A stretch of 62,848 nucleotides of DNA, filler included, from Bacteriovoracaceae bacterium (GTDB taxonomy: Bacteria > Bdellovibrionota > Bacteriovoracia > Bacteriovoracales > Bacteriovoracaceae): assembly GCA_018649885.1 (NCBI GenBank). It is 3 parts of 3 records of this genome, joined end to end, with 100 filler letters (N's around TTAATTAATTAA, not from the genome) between each part and the next. Parts side by side here need not be neighbours in the genome. Positions count along the whole stretch, not along the records: positions 24,764 to 53,263 come from JABIHA010000144.1; positions 53,364 to 62,848 come from JABIHA010000065.1; 1 more part is not named here. The stretch is one strand, 5' to 3'. The notes beneath the pieces are model-generated. The model ran no database searches and was not told where the DNA came from. It was given only the letters and a program-made list of their open reading frames with translations. Each line of letters begins with the position of its first letter. Position 1 is the stretch's first letter. Both the position numbers and the translations under genes were made by a program. Of the stretch, positions 50,486 to 58,746 are shown one piece after another.

Positions 50486-51136
50486 ATGAAAATCAGCTCA
50501 ATAGTATTTGTTTTGTATTTTTGTGCAATGGCCTTAGCACATGGTGATGATGCAACACCAGTAGATTTACCAATATTCCTTCCTAGCCAAAGTAATCCCT
50601 GTCTCCCTTATGCTGATTTCATTCATCGGGACAATTTTACTTTCACAAAAGAGACACCTAACTGCTTTTCTCACACAAAAGAATTTGTTGATGAAGGTGA
50701 ACTAGATCAGGAAAAAGGAAATGCCTCAGTGCTTACAAGAGAAGAAGCTGAAGATTTAGGATCGACTTTTGAAAAAGAGGTACACTTCGCAAAAGCAGCT
50801 GATGCAGGAGCAACCTTTTATCACACAACACTTCAATACACTCCCAAGTTTGAAATAGCTGAAGCTGTTTACATTTTCTATCCAAATGGAACTTCTGAAT
50901 ATTTTTTCGCCGATGGAGCTTTTGATCCTACAATTGGAATGATAGATAAACCTGAAAAAGAAGGATCCAGTCTAGGAGATGAAGGTATACTTTTTGAGAC
51001 AGAAAGTGGAGTAATAGGACGATTTGTTTACGAACCGCCAACTGAGTTAACTGGGGCCTACTACGGTCTTCAAATAAACGGTAAGCTTGGCCGACTATTT
51101 GATTCAAGATCAAAAAATAGTCATGGAGGAGAATAA
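50486..51136 (+). CDS. Exported acidic hypothetical protein
   Basis: GGAG RBS, signal peptide (..ALA/HG), 216 aa. Confidence 0.75.
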   Translation: MKISSIVFVLYFCAMALAHGDDATPVDLPIFLPSQSNPCLPYADFIHRDNFTFTKETPNCFSHTKEFVDEGELDQEKGNASVLTREEAEDLGSTFEKEVHFAKAADAGATFYHTTLQYTPKFEIAEAVYIFYPNGTSEYFFADGAFDPTIGMIDKPEKEGSSLGDEGILFETESGVIGRFVYEPPTELTGAYYGLQINGKLGRLFDSRSKNSHGGE

Positions 51137-51184
51137 GTCCTCTGAGAAGTGACAGTTCATCTGTCTAAAGATTATAATGGGTAG

Positions 51185-52840
51185 ATGGATATTAATTTTT
51201 GGCAATTTTTAGCAGGGCTAGGTTTTTTTCTGCTGGCGCTCACCATGATAGAAGACACCATCAAAGATCTGTCTGGAAGATCCTTTAAAATGTTTCTCAA
51301 AAAATATACTCGCACACCCCTCAGAGGCATTGTCATGGGAGCCATAACAACGGCCATATTACAAAGCTCATCAGTGGTGACTTTAATGGTTTTGGCCTTT
51401 GTCGGTGCCTCCATATTAAGTCTAAAAAATTCTCTGGGTATTATTATTGGATCAAACCTTGGAACTACCTTTACTGGATGGCTTGTTACCCTAATAGGTT
51501 TTAAACTCAATCTCAAAGTTATTACACTACCATTTATCACTGTTGGTGCGCTAGGAAGTGTCTTCGCAAAAGATAACCTTCCAAGACTTGAAAAAATTTT
51601 TAAGCTTCTCCTGGGCCTTGGCCTCTTACTTTTTGGCCTCAGCTTCATGCAACAAGGGGTTGAGGCAGTCAAACAACAAGTTGATTTTACGGCCATATCA
51701 AATAGCAGTCGAATTTTATTTTGGGTTTTTGGAATTGTCTTTACGGCCCTGATTCAATCCTCTTCAGCAGCAATGGTGATCACCCTGAGTGCCCTTCACG
51801 CTGGACTGATCGACATCACCCAGGCCATGTCAATAGCCATTGGAGCCGATCTTGGGACAACTATCACAGTTATTATCGGTTCTCTCAAAGGTAGTTCAAG
51901 TAAAAAGCAGGTGGCCCTGGCCCATTTTAGCTTCAATTTAGTGGCCGGTACCATCGCCTTTATTTTACTTGATAGTTACAAATATATTATACAAGATGTC
52001 ATTGGAATTACAGATCCACTCTATGCGGTGGTGGCCTTTCACTCTGCAATGAATTTAGTGGGAATTTGTATTTTCTTTCCTTTTATTAAAGATTTCGCGA
52101 AATTTCTTAAATCCATCTTTCCCTCCCATCATGAAAGTAGCGTTCAATTTATTAGTGAGACCTCAAGTGCCCAAAGTGATCTGGCGCTACTGGCGCTTGA
52201 AAAAGAGTTTGATACTCTTTTAATTTATCTAATTGAAATGCAAAAAGATGGTTATGGACTGATTAAAACTCCAGGCGGCTTAGGTTTTATTTTAAACGGT
52301 GATAAATTCTATGAGAACTATCACCTATTTAAGAAAACACAGGGCGAAATATTAAAGTATAGCTATCATGTCCAACAAGAATCTCTATCTACAGAAGAAG
52401 GTGAAAAGCTAGCACGACTTTTAAGGGCCTTAAATAATTTGGCCCACTCTGCAAAAGCGGCAAAGGATGTTCATCACAATATTTCGAGTATTAAAGATGA
52501 TGTCTCCAGTCAACTCCATGAGCTTTGGAAGGAAATTGAACAAAACCTGGAAAGTTTTTATGCTGCAATTGAATCCCTCACTTTCGAAGATACAACAGAG
52601 CTTGTAATTTTTGAGCAGCTGAGCGACCTATTAAAATCCACAACTGAGTCTAATCATATTTTTAATGAGAAAATTTTTAAGGCCTGCTCTTGGAAGAAAA
52701 TATCAGACTCAAGGCTTGCCACACTCATGATTATCGCCAGAGAGATCTACTCATCACAAAAATCTCTAATCTTGGGAATTAAGGATCGTCATTTTAATGC
52801 TGAGAGAAGTGAAGATTTTCAGTCTCTTCCCCAGGTATAA
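51185..52840 (+). CDS. Na+/phosphate cotransporter family protein
   Basis: Two QSSS repeats, GSNLGTT and GADLGTT, C-terminal PhoU-like helices. Confidence 0.92.
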   Translation: MDINFWQFLAGLGFFLLALTMIEDTIKDLSGRSFKMFLKKYTRTPLRGIVMGAITTAILQSSSVVTLMVLAFVGASILSLKNSLGIIIGSNLGTTFTGWLVTLIGFKLNLKVITLPFITVGALGSVFAKDNLPRLEKIFKLLLGLGLLLFGLSFMQQGVEAVKQQVDFTAISNSSRILFWVFGIVFTALIQSSSAAMVITLSALHAGLIDITQAMSIAIGADLGTTITVIIGSLKGSSSKKQVALAHFSFNLVAGTIAFILLDSYKYIIQDVIGITDPLYAVVAFHSAMNLVGICIFFPFIKDFAKFLKSIFPSHHESSVQFISETSSAQSDLALLALEKEFDTLLIYLIEMQKDGYGLIKTPGGLGFILNGDKFYENYHLFKKTQGEILKYSYHVQQESLSTEEGEKLARLLRALNNLAHSAKAAKDVHHNISSIKDDVSSQLHELWKEIEQNLESFYAAIESLTFEDTTELVIFEQLSDLLKSTTESNHIFNEKIFKACSWKKISDSRLATLMIIAREIYSSQKSLILGIKDRHFNAERSEDFQSLPQV

Positions 52841-52841
52841 T

Positions 52842-52870
52842 AAAAAAGGCCCGGTCATAAAGACCAGGCC
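52842..52870 (-). terminator. Rho-independent terminator
   Basis: Minus strand GGCCTGGTC-loop-GACCGGGCC-TTTTTT. Confidence 0.7.
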
Positions 52871-52904
52871 ACACATCAATTTATCTTTTCCCGTACTCTT
52901 AAAA

Positions 52905-53263
52905 CTACAGTCTTTGCATCAGTTGTCTTAAACTTTGCATGCTCTGCTTAACAGCTCTAAAAGTCATTTGAATATGAAAGTTGTGTCTTCTTGCTTGTCT
53001 TCTTTGTACAGTTTGTTTTAGCTCTCTGAAAGCAAACTTAACAGCTTGGAATTTTCTAACAAGCCTTCTGCAAGGAACATATGACTGAGACAGTCTTTTA
53101 AGTTGTCTCGCCTGGCCGATAAGCTCTTGGCTCTTCAAAAGAAGTCTGTTTCCTCTACGAAGCATTTGAGCTTCTCTTTTAAGTTGTCTAGCACTTTGAA
53201 TCAAAGCAGTTGAACGCCGCTGAACTCTCATACTCGCCCGACAGCTTCTGTATCCTGGGTTCC
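52905..53263 (-). CDS. 5'-truncated Arg/Gln-rich helical protein
   Basis: Frame stays open from the contig end (NPGYRSCRASMRVQ...); ARQLKR occurs twice; followed by a terminator. Confidence 0.6.
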
Positions 53264-53363
53264 NNNNNNNNNNNNNNNNNNNNNNNNNNNNNNNNNNNNN
53301 NNNNNNNTTAATTAATTAANNNNNNNNNNNNNNNNNNNNNNNNNNNNNNNNNNNNNNNNNNNN
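53264..53363. other. Artificial contig-joining linker
   Basis: N44-TTAATTAATTAA-N44. Confidence 0.97.
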
Positions 53364-53579
53364 CGGATTATCCACGAGCGTGGACTTGGCGCCGGCGATG
53401 GGGAAGCTGCCGGCTCCATGGTAGAGATGAGACGAACCACCGAAATAAAAAAATTTAACAAAGCTTGAGGGTGCTGTGTTAAATGAATGCTTTATAGATT
53501 CAAGATAGATATTTTTATCGTGATCTCTCATTTGATCAATATCTTGAAAATCAATTTTGAAGGATTTTTTACTTTCCAC
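53364..53579 (-). CDS. 3'-truncated gene after VirB3/TraL, by position possibly the N-terminus of VirB4/TraC or TraE
   Basis: GTG start overlaps the upstream stop; runs into the contig end; identity from position only. Confidence 0.35.
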
Positions 53580-53826
53580 TTACAGCTCGCCTTAGATAGA
53601 TGATTCTTTTTTTTCTTAGACGAAACCAAAGGTAGTGGGGGGGAAGAAGTAGTCTGTAGCTTTTTAGTAAAATAATATAAATTGCACTTAAAATTAAGGA
53701 CATGAAAGACTCATTTAATATGGGTCCGCACAAAAAAATGATTACTCCTAGAACAAAAAATTCTGATATTCCAAGACCTAGAATCTTTGGACTTAATTTC
53801 AAGTACTGTGGGTAGCGTCTATTCAT
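53569..53826 (-). CDS. VirB3/TraL-like conjugation protein
   Basis: RYPQYL..SPKILGL...EF followed by two TM helices and a basic tail; directly after a pilin. Confidence 0.6.
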   Translation of the reverse strand: MNRRYPQYLKLSPKILGLGISEFFVLGVIIFLCGPILNESFMSLILSAIYIILLKSYRLLLPPHYLWFRLRKKRIIYLRRAVSGK

Positions 53827-53830
53827 AACC

Positions 53831-54085
53831 CTAACCCGTAATCTTTTTTAAAAGGGCCATTATTCCACCTGCTCCAAAAATTAAAATAGCAGCTGCAACT
53901 GCGCCTCCTAATTTCTCGCGGCCTTCTTGGGAGCCCTTAACATACAAGTAACCGGCCCAAATAAGGCCAATAACAACAACTCCAGAGCCGAGTCTTGTAA
54001 GTGAGCTCTCTGCACTTCTTGCCATACTCTCTAGAGACCTTGCTCCAAAACAAATACTTGGATAAAACATAATTAGATATTTCAT
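53831..54085 (-). CDS. VirB2/TrbC-like conjugative pilin
   Basis: 84 aa; signal, two hydrophobic helices separated by KGSQEGREKL, ending LIFGAGGI. Confidence 0.7.
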   Translation of the reverse strand: MKYLIMFYPSICFGARSLESMARSAESSLTRLGSGVVVIGLIWAGYLYVKGSQEGREKLGGAVAAAILIFGAGGIMALLKKITG

Positions 54086-55788
54086 AATGATTTTCTCCTT
54101 TCACCAAGAGTGATTACCTCGATGTCCATTGAAAAATGAATTTGATTTATATAGTTGAAGCTTCCAGCTTTTAGTGAGCCTGGAAGGGGATATTGGGGAC
54201 TGCGCTTATAAGTATCGTCTCTGATTGTTTTCATAAGCCCTTTGCAATCAGGCGGAGGAAATGTAACATTTCCACTTTTAATGGCCCCTGGATTGTCATG
54301 ATCATAAGCACCTGTTGAAACTGAGCGGTTTTCTGAAACTATGCCTACTTGAAGTGGGTCCTCTTCTTTAAATTCAAGGCCAATTTCATTTAGGTTTATT
54401 GAAATATGCAGGGACTTAAACTTATCGTTATAGCTAATTTGTAAGTGCTCTTTTTTAGATAGCTCTTTTAGAGAATATTTTGTCTCTCCAATATGTAGTT
54501 TAATTAGTTTTAAATCAAAGCTATTTGATAGTTTATGAAAGTCATTTTCTCTTTCAAATCTTTGCCCTCTTCTCCATTTGAAGGTGCAAAATCCATATTT
54601 TGAGCTTCCATTGCTAAATGTAGCATCAATTCTTTTTCCACCAAAAATTGTCAGATTAAGCTGATATGCCCCCGAGTTATCTGAGATATGTATTGTCTCT
54701 TCTTTTTTGCCAAGATCTCTTCTGGATATAAAACTACTTTGTTTTAACCCCTCAAGGATTTCGTAACCTGAGAGGTAGCTTAAAATTATTGTATCCCCTG
54801 ATGTGAGGACGTCCTCTTTTGTTAAAAACGGCCTTTTTGTGCTTAGTACAAACCATTTACTTTCATCAAGGTGGTCTTTTATATTTTTTATGCCAAGTGA
54901 CTCTTTTGTAGTGTTTATTTCACCTCTAAAAGAAAATAACTCCCCATTTTTAAAGCTCCACTGATCCTTTGCAAGATAATCTAAAATTTCTAAGAGTTGT
55001 ATTTTCCCATCAGCTCCTGTGGAGTAGTAAATGCGCTCACTTTCAGCTCCAGTGGATATGATAATCTCAACGCATTTTTGTAAAATTGAGCTTTTTAGAT
55101 CAGAAAGTGATTTTCCATCAAAGCTAATTTCCTTTGCCCTATATATTAAATTCTTACCACTTATTATTTCTTCGAAGACCTGGGGAGGAATAAGCTCATT
55201 TGTTAAATTTCGCTTGGATGCATTCAAATTATAAATAAAACTATTTTCTAAAATTTCAATTTCACTGAATTTAAACTCTATATTTTCATCAATAGGGACT
55301 ATCTTAATCTCACCTTCAATAAAGCTCTCACTTTCATATTCAAGATCTCCTGCCAGTGCCACTCTTGTGCCGACAAGATCATCTTTTTGAAATTGCACAC
55401 TTTCATAGTCACTATCAAATGATTCTTTTAAAACAAGCTCTCTTGAGTCTTTTGTTGAAATAAAATTAGAGACTTTTTTCTGGATGAGAGAGCTTAGTTG
55501 ATTGCTATCTGCATTTTCAGTTGATCTGAAAAAAAACCGCTTTAGGCTTCCATCTGGACTTATGATTTGCGAGCTAACTCTAAGATCACTTGCAATCACA
55601 AGGCTGTAGCCTGGAAGATCCGCAACCATTGGATCAGATCCATTTTCAATTTCAATCTTGTCTTCTATCCAGTCTCCGTCACTGTCTAGGTATATAATTG
55701 GGGCCTTTGTTTCTTCAATCTCCTGCGCCTTTTTAAATGAGCAGGAAAAAAAGACAAATAGACACCCCAAAGCAATTAATTTGCTCAT
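54082..55788 (-). CDS. Large lipoprotein with Ca-binding DSDGD..D..E..GSDP..AD motif
   Basis: Lipobox FFSC; 568 aa; overlaps the pilin start. Confidence 0.75.
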   Translation of the reverse strand: MSKLIALGCLFVFFSCSFKKAQEIEETKAPIIYLDSDGDWIEDKIEIENGSDPMVADLPGYSLVIASDLRVSSQIISPDGSLKRFFFRSTENADSNQLSSLIQKKVSNFISTKDSRELVLKESFDSDYESVQFQKDDLVGTRVALAGDLEYESESFIEGEIKIVPIDENIEFKFSEIEILENSFIYNLNASKRNLTNELIPPQVFEEIISGKNLIYRAKEISFDGKSLSDLKSSILQKCVEIIISTGAESERIYYSTGADGKIQLLEILDYLAKDQWSFKNGELFSFRGEINTTKESLGIKNIKDHLDESKWFVLSTKRPFLTKEDVLTSGDTIILSYLSGYEILEGLKQSSFISRRDLGKKEETIHISDNSGAYQLNLTIFGGKRIDATFSNGSSKYGFCTFKWRRGQRFERENDFHKLSNSFDLKLIKLHIGETKYSLKELSKKEHLQISYNDKFKSLHISINLNEIGLEFKEEDPLQVGIVSENRSVSTGAYDHDNPGAIKSGNVTFPPPDCKGLMKTIRDDTYKRSPQYPLPGSLKAGSFNYINQIHFSMDIEVITLGERRKSL

Positions 55789-55829
55789 CAGAAATTCCCG
55801 TATTTTGTGCTAAATTTACTTTTTAATTT

Positions 55830-56246
55830 TTATAAGCAAAAAAGTGCTCTCTCCAGTGGCGTTTTACCGTCTGGAATGACCTCGATACACTTTTTTCCAT
55901 TTGACTGAATCCCTGAGCCGACTCCGAAGCCCGTAAGGTTGAGATTTAATCCTGAAACTTGGTATTTTCCCTCATAGACAAGAAATCCTTGAGGATCACC
56001 AATTTCATATTCCCCCATGTCTTTTTTTAGAACCATCTGGTGACCTGTAAAAGAAGTTGATAAATTATCGGTGAGAACTTTCATATTGCCCTCGGTGCTC
56101 ATGAAGCTATCATAGTAAGAGTCTGCACTCTCACCATTAATACTCTTCTTCCCGCCGCCTGATCCGTCACCACCCGTGACGCCGTTATCATCGCTTCCGC
56201 AACTGGCAAGCGCTATAGTCATAATTAAAATTAGTATTTTTTTCAT
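55830..56246 (-). CDS. Small lipoprotein with GGDGSGGG motif
   Basis: Start reassigned to MKKILIL (ATG 56246, GGGGAG RBS); lipobox LASC. Confidence 0.8.
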   Translation of the reverse strand: MKKILILIMTIALASCGSDDNGVTGGDGSGGGKKSINGESADSYYDSFMSTEGNMKVLTDNLSTSFTGHQMVLKKDMGEYEIGDPQGFLVYEGKYQVSGLNLNLTGFGVGSGIQSNGKKCIEVIPDGKTPLERALFCL

Positions 56247-56280
56247 CTCTTCTCCCCATAGTGAACCCAATAGTTTGGTC

Positions 56281-56571
56281 CTAAACGTCCCCAGTTCCTT
56301 TATCTCTTTTTCCACCACCGCTCGATTCGCCTCCAAGATTCTTTGCAACAAGGCTACCTCGTAGGGTTTCAAGTCTTAATCCGCCACCACTATCATCACC
56401 ACCGCCGGCAGATCTAATTTCTTTAGGACCTTCAAGGTCATCATTTCCATTTCCTCTTCTTTTGATTGAGCCGTCTCTATCGCCCTTTTTGTTCATTGAT
56501 CCATCTCTGTCGCCTTTTGCAAAAGCGCCTACTGCCATCATTAAACTTAAAACTACAATTAAAACTTTCAT
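56281..56571 (-). CDS. Exported Gly-rich repeat peptide (candidate multi-peptide precursor)
   Basis: AGGGG RBS; signal peptide (..GAFA/K); KGDRDGS x2, GGDDSGGGLR, GGESSGGGKR; ends DV. Confidence 0.75.
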   Translation of the reverse strand: MKVLIVVLSLMMAVGAFAKGDRDGSMNKKGDRDGSIKRRGNGNDDLEGPKEIRSAGGGDDSGGGLRLETLRGSLVAKNLGGESSGGGKRDKGTGDV

Positions 56572-56616
56572 CTCTTTTCCCCTGTTGGTTGTTGTTATGA
56601 GTAAAACTATTAAAAC

Positions 56617-56901
56617 TTATACGTCTCTTGTGCTTCTGGGCCCAGGCCCTCCACCACCGGTAGACTTAATTCCTTTTGGACCGCCTCCACCACCACTAAG
56701 TGTAGTTAAGGCCAGTTGATCAAATTTACCTTCGAGCTTTAATCCACCACCGCTATCTTGGCCGGCCCTTATTTCTCGTATTCCACCACCGCTACCGTCA
56801 TCACCTTTTCTAGGCTTAGCGGCCATCAGGTCACTGGCCAAGGTGAAGGATATTGAAATAACCCCTAATGCGCACCGCGTTGTTTTGATGTACTTTTTCA
56901 T
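56617..56901 (-). CDS. Exported Gly-rich repeat peptide, paralog of 56281..56571
   Basis: AAGGAAGG RBS; signal-like N-terminus; GDDGSGGGIR, EIRAGQDSGGGLKLE, SGGGGGPK, STGGGGPGPR; ends DV. Confidence 0.72.
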   Translation of the reverse strand: MKKYIKTTRCALGVISISFTLASDLMAAKPRKGDDGSGGGIREIRAGQDSGGGLKLEGKFDQLALTTLSGGGGGPKGIKSTGGGGPGPRSTRDV

Positions 56902-57095
56902 CACTGCCTTCCTTTTTAGGATCTTGAATTTTAAGTACTTATGAGTCACTACCCATAAGAATTGTCATCAAGGCAACTATTAAATTAATTTCAGCCATAA
57001 AACCGGCCCTAAACAACTAAATCAATAGCTATTTCATAAGTGAAATGAAGTAATTACCCACGACTACTTGACGAGCCAGTTTTCAACACTTAAGT

Positions 57096-57127
57096 TACCC
57101 AGCAAGAATAATTATTCATCATGGGTA
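57096..57127. promoter_or_regulatory. Palindromic operator candidate in the divergent intergenic region
   Basis: TACCCA-gcaa-GAATAATTATTC-atca-TGGGTA; extra TACCCA half-sites at 56950 and 57055. Confidence 0.5.
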
Positions 57128-57137
57128 GGAGTTTTCA

Positions 57138-57944
57138 GTGGAAATGCCTTCTAGTACATGTGTTATTGCCAAAAAACTGATTGATGGTTTTAAGGCAAAA
57201 CACCCACACATTAAGAGTTCATCTCGAATTGCTCAGCTTATTGGGATTAAGCAATCATCCATTAATAGGATTGAGAATTTAAATGCCAACCCTAGCTATG
57301 AGCTTCTTGTTGACGTTGTAATTGGAACGGGAAATCAACATAGAATCATCGAAATTCTTGGTGACGTAAACGGAAGGTTAAAAGATTCATTCACTGAAAA
57401 TCTTAGCCATTTAAGAAACATGAAACCTCAATCTGATGAGCTAGAACAAGTCATTACGAAAGAGGAATACTCTTTGATATTACTGCTTGCAATGTCTGAA
57501 AAAGGTACCAGCTACAATGAGATAAAAGCAGAGCTTGGAGCACATGGTGTAAAAAACTTAGATAATCTCATCTCGCAAGGAATTCTTGAGTGTAAAGAAG
57601 GTAGAGTACAGAGATGGAACAAAGAAGGATTTAACCTTTCAATTGGAACAGTAAAGAAAGTTTTTGAGATTTGCCTAAAACACAGCTATGATCAATCACT
57701 TTTCGGTCTTGGAGAAAACTGGTGCAGTATTCACTTTGGAGACGCTGAGAAAAAGAAGGGAACTGATTTTATTCGACAAGTTATGAAAGAAGCTTATGAA
57801 AAAATTGACACTGAGTTTTCTAGTGGAAGACTTGATGCCGCTGACAAATCGAAGAACCATACATTCTTCGTAGGCATGGCTTCAGATGTCCTCAATAAGT
57901 CAAACTTCCTGAGCAACAACGAAGGTGGGGAGGCTTTACAATGA
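57138..57944 (+). CDS. XRE-type HTH regulator with internal wHTH and C-terminal domain (TIGR02147/DUF4423-like architecture)
   Basis: IAQLIGIKQSSINRIEN..ANPS; EIKAELG..G..NLD.L...GIL; GTG start with AGGAG RBS. Confidence 0.8.
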   Translation: MEMPSSTCVIAKKLIDGFKAKHPHIKSSSRIAQLIGIKQSSINRIENLNANPSYELLVDVVIGTGNQHRIIEILGDVNGRLKDSFTENLSHLRNMKPQSDELEQVITKEEYSLILLLAMSEKGTSYNEIKAELGAHGVKNLDNLISQGILECKEGRVQRWNKEGFNLSIGTVKKVFEICLKHSYDQSLFGLGENWCSIHFGDAEKKKGTDFIRQVMKEAYEKIDTEFSSGRLDAADKSKNHTFFVGMASDVLNKSNFLSNNEGGEALQ

Positions 57945-58189
57945 AACAACTAGCTATAATTCCCATGCTATGCTTATCAATAATATTCTCCAGCATGGCC
58001 AGTACCCCAAGTGAAGGTTATAAGCGCTCAGCTCTCAGTCTCGAAGATTACAAAATGGTTAAATATAGCCTACTTCCTCATGAAATAGAATCTGAAAGCT
58101 ATGACTCTGAAAATGGTATATTTGAACTAAGACTGTTTCACGGAATGATTTTAGAGGCTAGAAGTACAAATGGTGGCGGTGGAGGCTAA
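57941..58189 (+). CDS. Small exported protein ending in STNGGGGG
   Basis: ATGA overlap with the regulator stop, GGAGG RBS, signal peptide (..SSMA/S). Confidence 0.8.
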   Translation: MKQLAIIPMLCLSIIFSSMASTPSEGYKRSALSLEDYKMVKYSLLPHEIESESYDSENGIFELRLFHGMILEARSTNGGGGG

Positions 58190-58437
58190 TGGCTGATATT
58201 AATGGCACCGAATATACCCCGAGCCTAAGTTCGCGTCCCCCCAAAGAGACTTATCTAGAAAATAATCCTGATAGCAAAAAACTATTGAAACAAAAAAGAA
58301 GAAAGAAAGAAGGGCCAAATGGGCCATGGCATTTTTATTTTTTGCTTTCTTGCTCTTCATGGGTGTCTTTGCTTTTCTTAAAAATCATTTTGAATACCGG
58401 AGCTGATTTTGAAAAAATTTTGTATGAATTGTCTTGA
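58189..58437 (+). CDS. Small membrane hypothetical protein
   Basis: TAATG coupling, GGAGG RBS, basic stretch followed by one TM helix. Confidence 0.55.
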   Translation: MADINGTEYTPSLSSRPPKETYLENNPDSKKLLKQKRRKKEGPNGPWHFYFLLSCSSWVSLLFLKIILNTGADFEKILYELS

Positions 58438-58714
58438 AATTCATGAGTTTAAAAGGGGAAAGCTACCTATAAAAGTAAAGAGCTTTCTTCCAGACTTTCC
58501 TTTGTTAATCCTGGTCTTTATTTTTTCTTACCCAGATAAAATTAAAATGGGTCTAACCACAGTTCCAATACTTGTCTTAGTTCAAGTAATTTCGACTTAT
58601 TATCGTGAAAACTTTAAATGTAGCAAATGCAATCAAGGTTTTTCCGTAGAGCAAAACAGCCCCGTTGCAAATCTTCTCAAGAAACAATTGGGTAATGGAT
58701 CTGACAGTGAATAA
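58409..58714 (+). CDS. Small membrane protein with split zinc ribbon (LITAF-like topology)
   Basis: CMNC ... two hydrophobic segments ... CSKC; GGAG RBS before TTG. Confidence 0.6.
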   Translation: MKKFCMNCLEIHEFKRGKLPIKVKSFLPDFPLLILVFIFSYPDKIKMGLTTVPILVLVQVISTYYRENFKCSKCNQGFSVEQNSPVANLLKKQLGNGSDSE

Positions 58715-58746
58715 AACCAACTTATGTCCCAAGTGTAATTTGGGAT

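Noticed and set aside
53364..53440. GC-rich patch at the start of contig C as a biological insertion
   Set aside because: It sits at the extreme contig end, where chimeric or low-coverage sequence is common; it cannot be interpreted without reads.
24500..53500. Functional linkage between genes on different sides of the N-linkers
   Set aside because: The contigs are concatenated artificially, so order and adjacency are not evidence; even a shared host for contig C is unproven.
56247..56372. N-terminal extension of ORF 55830..56372
   Set aside because: It overlaps the 56281..56571 gene in another frame; the RBS and lipoprotein signal indicate the start at 56246.
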